Shown: in pieces, positions 15,985 through 30,532 of the stretch
Position numbering within the stretch: position 1 is the stretch's first letter
Layout of the letters: each line of letters starts with the position of its first letter
Source: Ministeria vibrans ATCC 50519
Taxonomy: Eukaryota; Protista; Filasterea
Assembly: GCA_943704425.1 (NCBI GenBank)
Contig: CALSCP010001168.1
Location: 117,868 to 155,995, forward strand
DNA length: 38,128 nt
Direction: 5' to 3'
The notes under the pieces: model-generated
What the model was told of the DNA's origin: nothing
Databases searched by the model: none
The model's input: only the letters and a program-made list of their open reading frames with translations
Position numbers and translations under genes: made by a program

Positions 15985-18438
15985 AAGAAAGAAACAAAGT
16001 GATAGAGAGTTTGAGAGAGAGAGTTTGAGAGTTTGAGAGTTTGAGAGTTTGAGAGTTTGAGAGAGAGGAGGGAGAAAGAAACAAAGTGATAGAGAGAGAA
16101 AGAGGAAGTGTAAGTGTGTGAGGAAGAGGAGGAAACAAACAGGTGATATAGTGAGAAGAATAAAGAGAAGGGGAGGACAAGGAGTCACACAGTGTGTGTG
16201 TGTGAGAAAGTAGAAAGACACAAAGTAAGAAAGGGGGGTGATAGGGAGAAAGAAAGAAAGAAAGTGATAAAAGGCGAGGGAGAAAGAAGCAAGTTGATAG
16301 AAGCAGAGAAAAAAGTGATAGAGAAACACAATAGTAAGAGAGATATACACAAAGAGGCATATACCTGGAAGGTGGCGAAGAAGGTGCGTATTCCAAGAGA
16401 ATTGTAAGTAAGAAAAAAGAAGGCATTCTTGCACACTTCGTCGGGCACTTCTCGAATAATAGTGTGATCGAGATCAAGTGGCTAGTAAAAAGAAGGTACA
16501 ATATTGTGAATATGCGTGGGGGGGTGATGGTGTTCGCATTGACGTACAAGGCGAGCGACGTTGTAGATGCCGTTTTTGGGTTTGCGAGTGAGGATCAGGA
16601 CGTCGGCAAACAAAAAGCAGTACATGTCTACGTTGGAGTGGCGCCCAACCGATATTCTACAGAGTGGACTGTACACCAAACGAAAGCAAAAATGGAGTGT
16701 CAAAGAAATATGGTATCAATCAACGGAAAGTCACACAGCTAGAAACACAAAACAACAGGAACAGTTACCCTTCGTGGAGGTACTCGCGAGAGGGAGTGGC
16801 AATGGCGAAAGAGTCCTTCTCTTGGACAAGGGGAACAAAGCAAGGTGGAATGAAGTCGTTGGCACAGGGATCGTCGAGCAGGACCCAACTGAGCGATGTT
16901 TCAATGCGCATGAGATGGTCCTGGTTGCAACGAACATGCAGCCGTTCGTGCAGCACAGCCATGTATGCATCGACTCGATCGACCGTCTCCTTGAACGGTT
17001 TTGCACGGGCGTCCCCCAGCGCCTCCAAGGCGTTGAGGATACGTTTGAGCAGCAGCGGATAGCGCGTCATGCGCTGCATAGGTTCCACTAACATCTCATC
17101 CACTTTGCGCCGTTGGAAGCGGTTGCTTGTCTCGCACCAGTGCACGATAAACGACATGCGCTTGTCGTTCTCGCACAATGCCTTGAAGTAACTACACTGT
17201 GTCTCACACTCGGCGCAGTACTGCTCGTAAGGCAACAAGAACGACTCGACCTACAACGTGTGTGTGTAAGAGAGAGAGAGAGAGAGAGAGTTTGAGAGTT
17301 TGAGAGAGAGTTTGAGAGAGAGAGTTTGAGAGAGAGTTTGAGAGAGAGAGAGTTTGAGAGAGAGTTTGAGAGAGAGAGAGTTTGAGAGAGAGTTTGAGAG
17401 AGAGAGAGATAGAGATTGAAAGGTTAAGAGAGAGAGGAACAAAGTGAGAGAGAGAAAGAGAAAAACAAAGTGATAGAGAGAGAGAGAGAGAGGTGTGTAT
17501 GTGTGTGTGTGGGAGGGTTAGATGCACACGAGAGAACAAAAGGACAAAAGAACAAACGACGCACATCTTCAAAGGCGCTCATGACGGATTCGACGGAAAA
17601 TGGGGGGCGGTCTTTGGGAGCCCATTCGGCGGCATGGTCGGCCCAGTGCTACAGAAGAAACGGGGAAGAATTGAGAGACGAGACGAGAGGGTGTGGGGCA
17701 AGCTACCTGAGCGAGCTTCAGGCTGGACTCCTGCACGCGGTCAAATTCACCAAAGACTCGGCCACAGTTGACGCCCCAGTAAATGTTCTTCTCACGCAGA
17801 AGATTCAGAATTCCGCGAAACGTCTTGAGAGACAAGTAAAACAAAAACAATATTAGAGTTGGCCACGAATACATGGATACATGGACAGCGACACAGCACG
17901 TACCGACACGGTAATGAGGTTGTTGACGTAGTTGCTTTCACCGGCAACCAGCTCCCAGATGGAATCTTCGAGCGCAGTCTCTGCCTTGCCCAGCGTAACA
18001 CCTTCGGGCAAAAACGATGTCCACGAATTCTTCGTAAGGGCATCGAGTGGGTTCACAAACGCCGCACTGCGGTCATTGAGGGTCGCCGCAAGCATCACCA
18101 CACCCGTTTGCATGTCTTCGAGGGACTGTCCACCCGACGAGCCCAGCAGGAGGTCGCTCGAGGCCTGTGGCGACGCCGAGATGGTCCGTCGGGTCACTGG
18201 CGACAAATTCCCAAGAAGATTACGCAGCGACCCCGACCGTTTTCGTTCGACATCAGTACTACACAGCGGCGAGCGAGCAACCGAGGGTGACGACCGTGGT
18301 GATGTGGGTGCCGAGTGTGGGTTGTCGCCAGAGTCTTCGCGTCGACGTCGAAACGGGTTCTTCACCCCTCTCGATAAAGACGCCTCCGCCTTGGTGGCGT
18401 CTGAAGTGTGTTGAGATCGTGAACGCGTTGCCTAAGAG

Positions 18439-18475
<37 letters not shown>

Positions 18476-18828
18476 TAAAAACAGGAGATAAGCAACGAAC
18501 GACACAAACTAGCAACGAGTGAAATTTGTACCGTTCCAAACTTGACCCGAAACGCGCTTTTACTGGAAATGGAGCTGATTGAGCTGGAAGAGTCGGTTCG
18601 CTATGCAAAACACAGTCGCGCGAGAGTCAGCGGACAATAAAAAGGAGAGAAAATGGGGTTAGCGAATCAAACAACACGAGTCGCTGATCGGGGGGTTGGC
18701 ACGAACAAGGCACAGCATTGGGCAGGGAAGGCGGAAGAACACGTAGAGGAGGTGACGAGGCAGTGGATGGTAAGAACCCGTCGATTCTCTCTCTGTTACT
18801 GTCTTCCGTTCAGACCCTCTCTCTCTCT

Positions 18829-18866
<38 letters not shown>

Positions 18867-19253
18867 AATTACCATTGTTGGGTGGTGGTGGTCAGCAAGC
18901 ATCGACGACGACCGAGAGATGGCGTCTGGGTCAATGATGCCGTCGCCCTTTTCGACGCTATCGACGCTGCCGTACGCGACGCGGTGCAGGTGCGCCATAT
19001 CGAGGTCGATGGCACTCACGGAAACCGAGCGACGCCTTGAATGCGCTTTTTTGCACATCCCTGTTTCCACTGCATCGGCGCTCTGTCGATGTGGGGGCAG
19101 GCTGCTTAAACTCCCGTCGAGTGAGGTGGTGTCCGACCCGGAGTACTCCACTTCGGCGTCGAGACAGACTGGCGAAGGGTTTTCGTCACTACTACTACAC
19201 CGATGTTTGGCATGGAAGGGTTTCTCCACGAAGACCACCTTCGAACGCTCCAT
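15302..19253 (-). CDS. Dbl-family RhoGEF (DH-PH, PLEKHG5/6/7-like) with C-terminal RBD-like domain; multi-exon
   Basis: DH motifs SIWELVAGESNYVNNL and EMLVEPMQRMTRYPLLLKRIL. PH segments YCFLFADVLILTR and SSDEKETWMKQF. The predicted last exon ends SMSISAV-TAA (15302-15304). Confidence 0.88.
15774..16065 (+). repeat. (GAGAGTTT)n / (GA)n compound satellite in a RhoGEF intron
   Basis: Seen directly; the same unit recurs at 17270-17410. Confidence 0.93.
17270..17410 (+). repeat. (GAGAGAGAGTTT)n / (GA)n compound satellite in a RhoGEF intron
   Basis: Seen directly. Confidence 0.93.
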
Positions 19254-19449
19254 AACGACAGTTGTACACTAGTGATAATATTGCAAGTACAAACCAAACG
19301 AGGAGGGAGAGAAATATTTTGAATACAGACTGACAGAGCTCAGAAAAAAGCAGAGTGACAAGTTCAAACTTCAAAGTTCAACGCTCGAGCCCCGAAAGCG
19401 CTCCAAATTGAGCAAATTGAGCCAAATTCCAATTTTTTTCTTTGGGGTC

Positions 19450-20115
19450 ATGGAAGGTTGCTGTGGCAGTGGCGGCAGTGGTTGTGGCGCACTAGGGCAC
19501 GGGAGTACGGCAGGCTGTCAGTGTTTGGCGTGTGCTGTTGACGAATCTGGCGGACTGTGCGCGACGATGAATGGATGCTCAACGTGTGCGTTGGTGGGGC
19601 GCACACGCTCGAAACAAGCATCAGCGGTGCAGGCGAGAGGAATGCAAGTGGTGTGTAGTTCGAAATCGACGACGGAGACTTCGCCTGTGTCGAAAGCGCC
19701 GCAAGAAGAAAGTGCGTCGTCAACGCCTGCCACCTCCTCTCGCACCCCTTCTACGACTACTCCTTCTACTACTACTAGTAGTAGCAGTGGTACGAGGCGT
19801 TCTTCTTCTACTACTGCGGCTCCTACTAGTGTTTCTCTAGTCAAAGACAAAGCGTACGCTTGCCCTGAGACTGACTGCGACAAGACATTCCGCCACACAC
19901 AGTCACTCAAGACGCACATCAGCATCCACAAGAATCATCGGCCACACGTGTGCTCCGAGTGTGGCAAGCGATTCTTAACTGCCTCCAAGTTGACGGTTCA
20001 TCAGCGCACACACTCTGGTGTTAAGCCTTATCCATGTCCTGCATGCCCAAAAGCGTTTCGCCAGCGCCAACATCTCTCGGTGCATATGCGCACGCACGCC
20101 GAGAATGCAACATAA
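19450..20115 (+). CDS. Intronless C2H2 zinc-finger protein (3 fingers) with Cys-rich N-terminus
   Basis: Fingers YACPETDCDKTF..H...H, HVCSECGKRF..H...H and YPCPACPKAF..H...H, with an HSGVKPY linker. First ATG at 19450. Confidence 0.88.
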   Translation: MEGCCGSGGSGCGALGHGSTAGCQCLACAVDESGGLCATMNGCSTCALVGRTRSKQASAVQARGMQVVCSSKSTTETSPVSKAPQEESASSTPATSSRTPSTTTPSTTTSSSSGTRRSSSTTAAPTSVSLVKDKAYACPETDCDKTFRHTQSLKTHISIHKNHRPHVCSECGKRFLTASKLTVHQRTHSGVKPYPCPACPKAFRQRQHLSVHMRTHAENAT

Positions 20116-20266
20116 CTGTATCAAAAGATACATTCAAGTCAAACAAAAGACCACGGAGAGCATGGATGTACACGGGTGTATAATGTCGATTGTATTGCAA
20201 TGAATCCAACAGAAAAGGACACGCGTAAATTTATCATAGGATTATTTTTTCATTCATCAATCAAGT

Positions 20267-21667
<1,401 letters not shown>

Positions 21668-22013
21668 GGTGTGACGTGTTGTAAAATAGTGAGAGAGAGT
21701 GAACGGAAGTGTCGACTGTCGACTGAACTCGAGATATTTCATTTCTAATCTTCATTATTTCTGTATCAGTGGGTCTATGGGCTTCTTTCGGGACATTCTC
21801 GTAAATAAATCTCGTCTTGAAGATTACGGCGGAAGTATTGTGCTGCTCTTTGTTTTCTATATTGTTTTGTTTTGACATTGAGTACAGCTCTCGATTCTCT
21901 ATTTATTTTCCTATTTCTTTCCATCCTTGAATATTTTGTGAGAGCCTATTTACACCCATTGAACGTGTCTATCAACTTAGTTCTGACCGCCGAGTGGTTT
22001 GTAGTGTCGCACG

Positions 22014-23003
22014 ATGGCTACCGTACTTGTTTCACTTGCGATTCGGCTGATGCGCACTCAGAGCGTCGTGCCAACACACGCCGCTGCCCAGGCGGCACTG
22101 GCCCGTGCTGCTGCCAGCAGTGATGCAACAGCAACAGCAGCATCAAAAAGAATCAAAATTTACACGAAAACAGGCGACAAGGGTAAGGAGCGCGGGGTGG
22201 CCATGGACGGGGTTGACGGGGTGCTTTTGTAGGCGAGTCCAGTCTGTTTACAATGGAGAGGAGGCAAAAGGACGACGTGGTCTTTGAGGCGTTGGGTGCT
22301 ACAGATGAACTGTCGTCGGCTGTTGGGTACCTTTCTGGCGGAACACTTGTTGTTGGTTTGATATTCACAGTAATATAATTATTTTTTTAGGTTGGCTCTT
22401 GTGTTCGCTCAGGAGAGTGGCAATATGCTTCCTCCAAAGCTCGAGACGGTACTGGCGAATGGTGGAGAAAGGCTTGAGAGTCTTAACACCGTGTGTAGAT
22501 TCAGTGCTGGCTTCAGGATGTCGGCTCTAACATTGCGACGCCGCGAACGTCCGCCACTGAGGCACGACTGAGTACGAGTGCACAAAGAGAATGGTTCGTA
22601 CAAACAAATAATCAACACGGTGTTACGCAGAGCGAACCGAGTTCCCGGAGATGCGGGTGTCGTCTCTTGAAGAGTGGATCGACGAAATTGACAAGGAGCT
22701 GCCTCCACTGACAACCTTTATTCTGCCGGTACGATATGAACGAAGGATGCACTTGACGCCCCACTTTTACCGAATATGGGTTTTGGTTAGGGTGGCGGAC
22801 GAAGCAGTGCATCGCTACACATGGCGCGCAGCATATGTCGGCGAGCCGAACGTCGGGTGGTTCCGCTGGTGCGCGACGACCAAGTAAGCTGGGCCGTTGC
22901 GCGCTTCCTCAATCGTCTCTCCGACTTTTTCTTTGCGGCTGCCCGTCTGGCGGCGCAGCACGACGGCAGCGACGATGTGGTGTACAAAAAGAACAAAAAG
23001 TAG
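22014..23003 (+). CDS. MMAB: ATP:cob(I)alamin adenosyltransferase, PduO-type (MMAB), with probable mitochondrial presequence; multi-exon
   Basis: [66 protein letters not shown]. The N-terminus is Ala/Arg-rich. Confidence 0.96.
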
Positions 23004-23064
23004 CGTTGAAAGTGATGAACGAATGCTATTTTTTTTTTTTGCTTTTCAATGGCGATGAAACGTT

Positions 23065-24946
23065 CTAAGTGGGGTTGAGGAGGTTCTTAATGAAGAGCTC
23101 GCCGGCACGGTAGGACGAGCGCACAAGAGGACCGCTGGCGGTGTAACGAAAGCCAAGCTGGTCGCCAACGCGCGCCCAATGGTCAAAGCGTGCGGGTGTA
23201 ACGTACTCGTACACCTTCATGTGGCGCCGCGTGGGTTGCATGTACTGGCCCAGCGTCAGGCAATCGACACCAACTCCGCGCAGGTCTAAACCAGGAGTGT
23301 GAGTCGTTGACACGCGTGTCTCTGCATTACCCACCTTTCATGGTTTGGAGCACTTCATCGTCGGTTTCGCCCAGTCCCAGCATAATCGATGTCTTGGTCA
23401 GCAGCGATTTCTTTATCTCCTTTGCGCGACGCAGCACCTGTGACAACAAAGGGTGGAAGCAGTGAGAAAAATGATAGATAGAAAAGAAAAATTGGATGGG
23501 CAAGCTCGAAGGGAGAGAGAAGAAACAAAGAGTGCGTAGGAAAAAAATGAAAAGAACATGTCAGTCAGAGAGAAGGGCGGGAAAAAAGGCAGATTAGAGG
23601 CTGAGGGGTCGAGAGGGATAAAGAACGTTGTTGGCGCGACGTGGGATGCAATGGGTTACATACATCGAGCGACTGTTTGTAGTTGGCACGACGATCTCGC
23701 ACGCGCCCCTGTAGTGCCTCGACCGTCTCGACATTGTGTGCAAACACATCCAGGCCCGACAGGGCGACCTCTTCAAGGCAGTCTTGGCGGCCCGCAAAGT
23801 CGGGCGAGAGACACTCGACGAGAATTGTCTCGTTGCTGCGCACAAAGCAGTTGTGTATAGGAGTTTAAGTAAAAATGCAATTCCCATCTGGTGAAACACT
23901 TACAGGGACTTCAAAGTTCGAATCGTTTCGGCAATGTGCGCTGCTCCGAAATCAGGCAAATCTTAGAAACAGGAGGGAGGAGTGAGCAGAAAAAATGAAA
24001 AAAAGAAAATATAAAGAAAGAGAATAAAATGAGAGAGAGAGAGAGGAGGGAGAATAAAACAAAGTAATAGACAGAAAAAGTGAGAGAAAGAGTGCGAGAG
24101 AACGGAGAAAAAGATTGAAAGGAGAAAAGGAAACAAAGGGAAAAACAGAAGGGGATTAAAAAAGATTGAAAGGAGAAATGGAAACAAAGGGAAAAACAGA
24201 AGGGGATTAAAGTAGGGTAATACCATCACGGTCGACTGAGGTGAGCACCACATAGTCGAGTCCCCACTTGGCAATGGCCTCTGCTGTATTTCGTGGCTCA
24301 TTTGCGTCTGGTGGAGGAGGAGCCTTGCTTGTCTTTACAGAGCAGAAACGACAGCCACGCGTGCAGGTGTCGCCGAGCAACTGAAATTGCAAGGCGTGAT
24401 GAATGGTGTCGTCTCTTGTCTGTATGGTGCGTGTGTCAGTCTCACCATAATGGTTGCAGTAGCTGTTCCACCTTCGCCTCCGCCCCAGCACTCACCAATG
24501 TTGGGACATCGCGCCTCTTCACACACTGTGTGAAGGTTGAGTCCGCGCAACGTACTCTTCCATTTGTTGTAGTTTGTGCTGGAGGGCACGTTGTCCTTGG
24601 CGGACGACCTGAGCCATGGCGGGATACGTAACCTGCGCGTTGAGCAAGGGTTGGACGTGCGAGGTGAGAGCGACACGACGGGGTTTCTTTTTATACCTTT
24701 GGCCTGGTTTGGAGACAATGGTGTCATTCGTCACGGGTGCTGCTTCGGCAGCCGTCCGCTCTTCCGCCGTTGCTTCCTCTTGGCTTTTCTGAATGAATTC
24801 CTCAAGGCTCGGGCCATCGGGAAGTCGTGACGAGGCGTACCGGCGAATCTGAACGAGGGTCTTAGTGAGGAGAGAGAGAGAGAGGTTTCGCTGCACTCTA
24901 CCAAGTGAACAGAAGAAGGCGCTCGACGCGATACTGAGCGGAGCAT
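23065..24946 (-). CDS. LIAS: Mitochondrial lipoyl synthase (radical SAM); multi-exon
   Basis: [13 protein letters not shown] auxiliary cluster motif, CTRGCRFC radical SAM motif, [25 protein letters not shown]. Confidence 0.97.
24109..24211 (+). repeat. ~51-bp tandem duplication in a LIAS intron
   Basis: AAAGATTGAAAGGAGAAA(A/T)GGAAACAAAGGGAAAAACAGAAGGGGATTAAA occurs twice. Confidence 0.9.
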
Positions 24947-25225
24947 GTCTGAAATGTACTGTATGTTGCTTGTTAGTTGTTAAAAAAATAATGTGACTTG
25001 TGACTTGTGACTTGTCACTTTTCAGCTGGATCTTGAGATTTTATTTGAGACGGATGTGGATGAGTTGAGAGAGTTGACTTTGGACTTTGGAGTTACAAAT
25101 CACAATTCTGCTTACTTTTGAATGACGTCAAGTAGTGGCTTTGGGAGCACTCAACGCGCGCCCCAGGTGCAGCACGTGAAGTTGTTTGAAGTGGAACAGG
25201 TGAGCATAAGTATATACAATGCACA

Positions 25226-25822
25226 ATGGCTGACAGACTCCCTATGGAACAGGACTGGGAGGATGTGGGCATGGACGAGGCGCCCAAGATATGTACTCTC
25301 TTGATTGAAGGTATGTGTGGGAGCCAGGGTGTGTGCGGCAGCGAGATACGCACGACAAGGGAGCTCCTTCTTTGGTTGGTTGTTTGTTTTCATTTTTTCT
25401 CCTTAGTTCTGAGTGCACGACACGTCAAGGCGGCCGACCGAACGGGCTTCAGCGACCCGTACTGCAGACTGACGTTTGGAGACCAGCGGAGGCGAACGTG
25501 CATTGTGAAGAAGAGTCTGCAGCCGTGTTGGAACGAGAGCTTCAACCTGTCGACGCGCGTCGACCCCTTTCTCTATCCAGTCCTCGCCATCGACCTGTTT
25601 GACCACGATCAATTTGGGCAAGACGACTTTCTTGGACGAGTTGAGCTACCCATCTCGTGCATTCCGGTGCTGTCGCGCTCGTGGTATCCGTTGCGACGCG
25701 GTCGAAACAAGCAGGAGGTGTCGGGCGAACTTTTGCTTGACATTAGCAAGACGGTTCCTCAGCAGCCCATTGAAGTTGCCGCCGCCGAGCTTTCCACCGA
25801 GTGTCGTATGAGAGGGTAACCG

Positions 25823-25889
<67 letters not shown>

Positions 25890-28497
25890 GGGAGAAAGAA
25901 TCAAAGTGATAGAGAGAGAGGGGAAAAACAAAAACAAACAAAGTAGAGAGGAGGAGGGAGAAAGAAGCATAGTGATAGAGAGAGAGGGAGAAACGAAACA
26001 AAGTGATAGAGAGAGAGGAGAGATGTGATAGCGAGAGAAAGAAACAGAGGGATAGAGGGGAAAAAGCAAACTGAGATTGTCATAATTTAAGGAGAGGAGG
26101 GAGGGCTAAGGGCAGCGTGGGAGGAGGTTGAAAATTAACAACAACACATCTTTTACTCTTGTAGTTTTGACATGTGCGTACGCGACAACAAAGAGACAAT
26201 GGTATGGCTGCCGGGTCGATGGGAAAAGGCGGAGATGTTGATGGAGGAAGTAACAGTTGAGGTTGCGGGACTGCGCGGCCTGGCACAGGTGTTCTTGACC
26301 AACTGCCGTCTGGTAGTGCTCTGTGACTCTGACACCGACTCGCCCGACTTGTCCATGTCCATTCCACTCGATACCATGTCGCAAGTATCGTCTACTTCGG
26401 CCAACATAATGCACAAAACTGCATCTGGTGTGGCTGCACGGTAAGTGCTATCACACTGCATTGCATTGTTTTGACCTGGCCCTTGTTCAGGTCCGATGTC
26501 GAGGTGGTCATTGTGGCGTGTCTTGATGTGCGCACCATCCGCTTCGTGTTTGCCTCCGAGGGCTACCTCAACATTGGACAGCACCCCAGTCGCGCACCTT
26601 CTGTTCTTCTTATGCGCTTGCGTCACCACATTGCCAATCGCGGACTGCTCAGCATTTCCCATGAGGTTATCGTTATTTTTTCCCCCTACCTGGAGCGACT
26701 CATGCGTGTAACTGTTGCAGGTTGCGCGCCTTGCTCCTTCGGTGGCTGCGCTGGCCAAAGCATTTGACATGGAAACGGAGATGTTCCGGCAAGGCGCGCC
26801 GAGTCATCTTTGGCGCGCGACCATGGCCAATGTGGACTGGAGTATGTGCGGCACGTACCCATCGACGCTGTTTGTACCGGTGGCCATCTCCGACCATGTG
26901 CTCGCCGAGAGCGCCTCCTTTCGCAGCAAAGGCCGTCTGCCTGCCCTGACTTGGTACAACAACACCCTTGGCAACTGCATTGTACGCAGTGCCCAGCCCC
27001 TCACCGGCGCCACAAACCGATTCTCCACTGCCGACGAAGACCTCTTGCGCGCCGTCCTTGCCACCGGTGGACCACAGTAAGAAGACAGTATAATATTAAT
27101 ACTATTATTAGTAGAGATTTATCGCGTGCATTACGATGCGCGCCTTACTGTTGTTTTCTGTTGTACGTATGGTTGCTAGTATTTCGTTGTTTGTTGGTTG
27201 CCGTTGTGCAATGGCGGCCATGTATTGTATTGTATTGTTTTTTGTTGTTGCTTGATGGAAATGTATTGTATTGTTTCGTGGCGTTGCTTGCTGCAGGGTC
27301 ACGGTTGATTGCTATTTTGTTGTTGTTGGTTGCAGTGAAAAGAGATGACATTGCTTATTGTGTTGTTGTAGTGCAAAGATGGCGATCTTTGATGCTCGAA
27401 GCTTCCTTGCAAGTACCGGAAACAAACTGGCGGGAAAGGGCACTGAAGATGTGCAGGTGAGAGAGTTCACGGCCTGCAGTAGTATTCCTGCGCTTATTAT
27501 TTTAAAACTTCTCGACGTGTGTGTGTAGAACCGGTACACGTGGTGCAAGCAGCTGTTTTTGGATTTGGGCAACATCCATGCACTTCGCGGGGCGTACGAC
27601 GACCTTGTCAGTGCCTGCCAGGCTAACGACAGCACTTGGCTTCAGTCTCTCGACCGTTCTCAGGTACGCTGCACAACACAACATATGAGCAACGTCTCAG
27701 ATTAGGAGGTCTAAACTATTTTGTTGTTGTTTTAGTGGCTGCACCACCTCCAAGCAATGTTACTGGGGGCATGTCGCATTGCACGGTACGTCGGAGTAAA
27801 CGGGGTGTGTGCGGTGGTGCACTGCAGCGACGGGTGGGACCGCACGTCGTCGCTGTGCTCGCTTGCGCAGCTCATGATGGATGGCTACTTTCGCACTCTG
27901 GTGGGCTTCCGCACTCTCATCCAGAAGGACTGGCTTGCCTTTGGACACAAGTATGGCGAGCGCCTGAGCTACGATGACCACGAGCGTTCGCCGGTGTTTC
28001 TGCAGTTCCTCGACTGCACGTGGCAGATTCTGCGCCAGCACCCGACTGCCTTTGAGTTCACCGCCGACTATCTACTGCGCTGGACCACCATCACCAACAC
28101 AAACTGGTTTGGCGATTTCCTCCACGACAATGAGCAGAGTCGCATGCTCGACGAGCGACCCTTTGTAACTATTATTGTTGTTGTTCTGTTCGCGTGTCAT
28201 TTGATCTGATTGATTTGATTTGATTTGATTTGATTTGATTTGATTTGATTTGATTTGATTTGATTTGATTTGATTTGATTTGATTTGATTTGATTTGATT
28301 TGATTTGATTTTTTTTTTTTGCAGATATCTTTCTTTGCTCATTTGGACGCTGTTGAAGCGGACTTTGTTAATCCATCATATGAGCCAACATCACACGTAA
28401 GAGGCAGTGAGATAATTATGATTATATTATGTGTTTACTGGAGGTTTGTGTTTGCCTGATGGTTCTGTTTTGCGCTCTGCATGTTTGTCTGTATGTA

Positions 28498-28581
<84 letters not shown>

Positions 28582-29241
28582 TGTGTATGTATGTGTGTGT
28601 GTTTGTGTGATGTGTCGTGTCTGTGTTTGGATCACGGTGTATGGTGTGTGATGTGTGGCTGAAAATAACACTAAATGGCTCGCTCGTGGTCGTAGTTGAT
28701 CCTGCCCGTGTACACCATGAAGCGTATTGAGGTGTGGCGCGAGTACTTCTTCCGGTACGACGAAGTGGCGTTCCGCTCTACAGGTCCCACCGGACTACTT
28801 TCTCTCGGGTCCATTGTCCTTGGCGATGAGGAGGATGCCGATGGAAGCAGTGGTGCTGGCGGATCCTCGTCCCTGTCGCTTGAGTCGGGCGGGCGTCACC
28901 AGACCATTCACAAGTCGTTGAGCACGCCTGTGATGACTGTAGGCGGAGGGGGAGGAGGTGGTGGTGGCGGCGCTGGTGCTGGAGGGACTGCGACGGCGGC
29001 GGGACGCACTACAAGCACAGTGACATCCGTTATGTGGATGCCCGATGGCTCAGTCAGTGCATGTTGCGACTGCCGCCAACGCTTCACGGCCATTCGTAGA
29101 CGCCACCACTGTCGGAATTGTGGTAAGATTTTCTGCCACGGGTGTGTCAAAAACACCATGCTGCTGGGACACCTGGGCTATGTGGGCGAACAACGAGTGT
29201 GCGACTCGTGCTTTCGCACCATGAGAATGAACGATGCGTAA
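25226..29241 (+). CDS. Myotubularin-related phosphoinositide 3-phosphatase, C2-GRAM-PTP-FYVE architecture; multi-exon
   Basis: C2 (ADRTGFSDPYC..PCWNESF..DHDQFGQDDFLG), GRAM-like segment (FLTNCRLV), TYPSTLFVP, FRSKGRLP, intact catalytic VHCSDGWDRT, SPVFLQFLDC, and FYVE (WMPD..RRRHHCRNCGKIFC..RVCDSC). Confidence 0.93.
28211..28320 (+). repeat. (GATTT)n microsatellite running into the polypyrimidine tract of a myotubularin intron
   Basis: Seen directly. Confidence 0.95.
28500..28605 (+). repeat. (GT)n microsatellite, intronic
   Basis: Seen directly. Confidence 0.95.
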
Positions 29242-29361
29242 CAGAATTTGATAAGACTTTTTTTAGTATACACTTGTGGAGAAGCAAGACCGGTTCTCAC
29301 TTAGAGGTGTGGTAGCGATCGATGTAGCATGTGTGTGAGTGAGTGAGTGTGTGTGTGCGAA

Positions 29362-29827
29362 TCACTTTTGCTGAGAGAGGCGCAGTTCGTCGGCTTCGGC
29401 CAGCGTCTTCGGCGTGAACGCCCTTGGAAGCAGCTCGCCCACCGTGGTTCGCTCGCAGGAGCCATTCACGTCGTTTTGCATCAGGACCACAATATCCAGC
29501 CCGAACTCGGCCATGAACTGGCGACAAGCACCGCACGGAGAGCAATTGTCATCCATGTCGGTGATGACGGCTATTTTCGAAAACTCGACGTGTCCCTGGC
29601 TCACGGCCGACACCAGCGCTGTTCTTTCGGCACAAATAGACAAGCCATAGCTAGCATTTTCCACGTTGCATCCTACGCAGCGAGGAAGGCATCAGAAACG
29701 AGGGAAAATGAACGTTTTTTTTTGCTGGAAATTTGAATTTTGCTGACCTGGGATAACAACACCACTCTTGGTCAGCAGAGCGGCTCCCACTCGAAAGCTA
29801 GAGTATGGGCAGTAGCTGGAAGGAAGG

Positions 29828-29878
<51 letters not shown>

Positions 29879-29984
29879 CGTGTGAGTGTGTATCTGAAAG
29901 AGGAGAAATCGCTTACGCGGTTTCACGGGCCGCTCGAGCGGCATCAACCAAAGACTTTTCGTCTGCGCTTAGACCAGAGCTCAT
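29362..29984 (-). CDS. CDA: Cytidine deaminase (homotetrameric type); 3 exons
   Basis: AYCPYSSFRVGAALL, GCNVENASYGLSICAERTA, SPCGACRQFMAEF, ELLPRAF. Confidence 0.96.
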
Positions 29985-30042
29985 TGCTACACTGTATGGT
30001 ACGGAATATGGCGGAGATCAAGTTATATGATTAAGATTAATA

Positions 30043-30421
30043 TTAAGAATTAGAAGAAGAAGAATACAACCCATTTATTAATGATTAAGAATTAGAAGAA
30101 GAATACAACCCATTTATATTTTATTTTTATATTATATATTTAAGAATTAATAGGAGTAGTACTATAATTGTACGAATACAGTGCTTGCGCCATAAAAAAG
30201 ATAGAAATCATGGAGTGCACAACTGTCTGCCAACTGCACATAAGGGTTAAATCCACAAATACAGAATACTACGAAACACGCAGAACTAAAAGAGGTTGTT
30301 TTTGACACTAGCTAGGTAGGTCGAGAGGTAGGAAGGAATAAACGAAAGACGTTACAGCCAAAGAAAAAAAAGGTCCTTTTAAGAATTAGAATTAGAAGAA
30401 GAAGAAGAATACATCCCATTT
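30043..30421 (+). repeat. AT-rich intergenic direct repeats TTAAGAATTAGAAGAAGAATACA(A/T)CCCATTT x3
   Basis: Copies at ~30043-30078, 30085-30117 and 30379-30421. Confidence 0.85.
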
Positions 30422-30532
30422 GTTACTTTTAAGAATTACAAAGAAGATTATTTGTTTCAGAAGATTAGTAGTTTCACTACATTGAACATTCACCCATTAT
30501 TCAATAAATTTAAAGAAAAGAAGAGATTCTAA

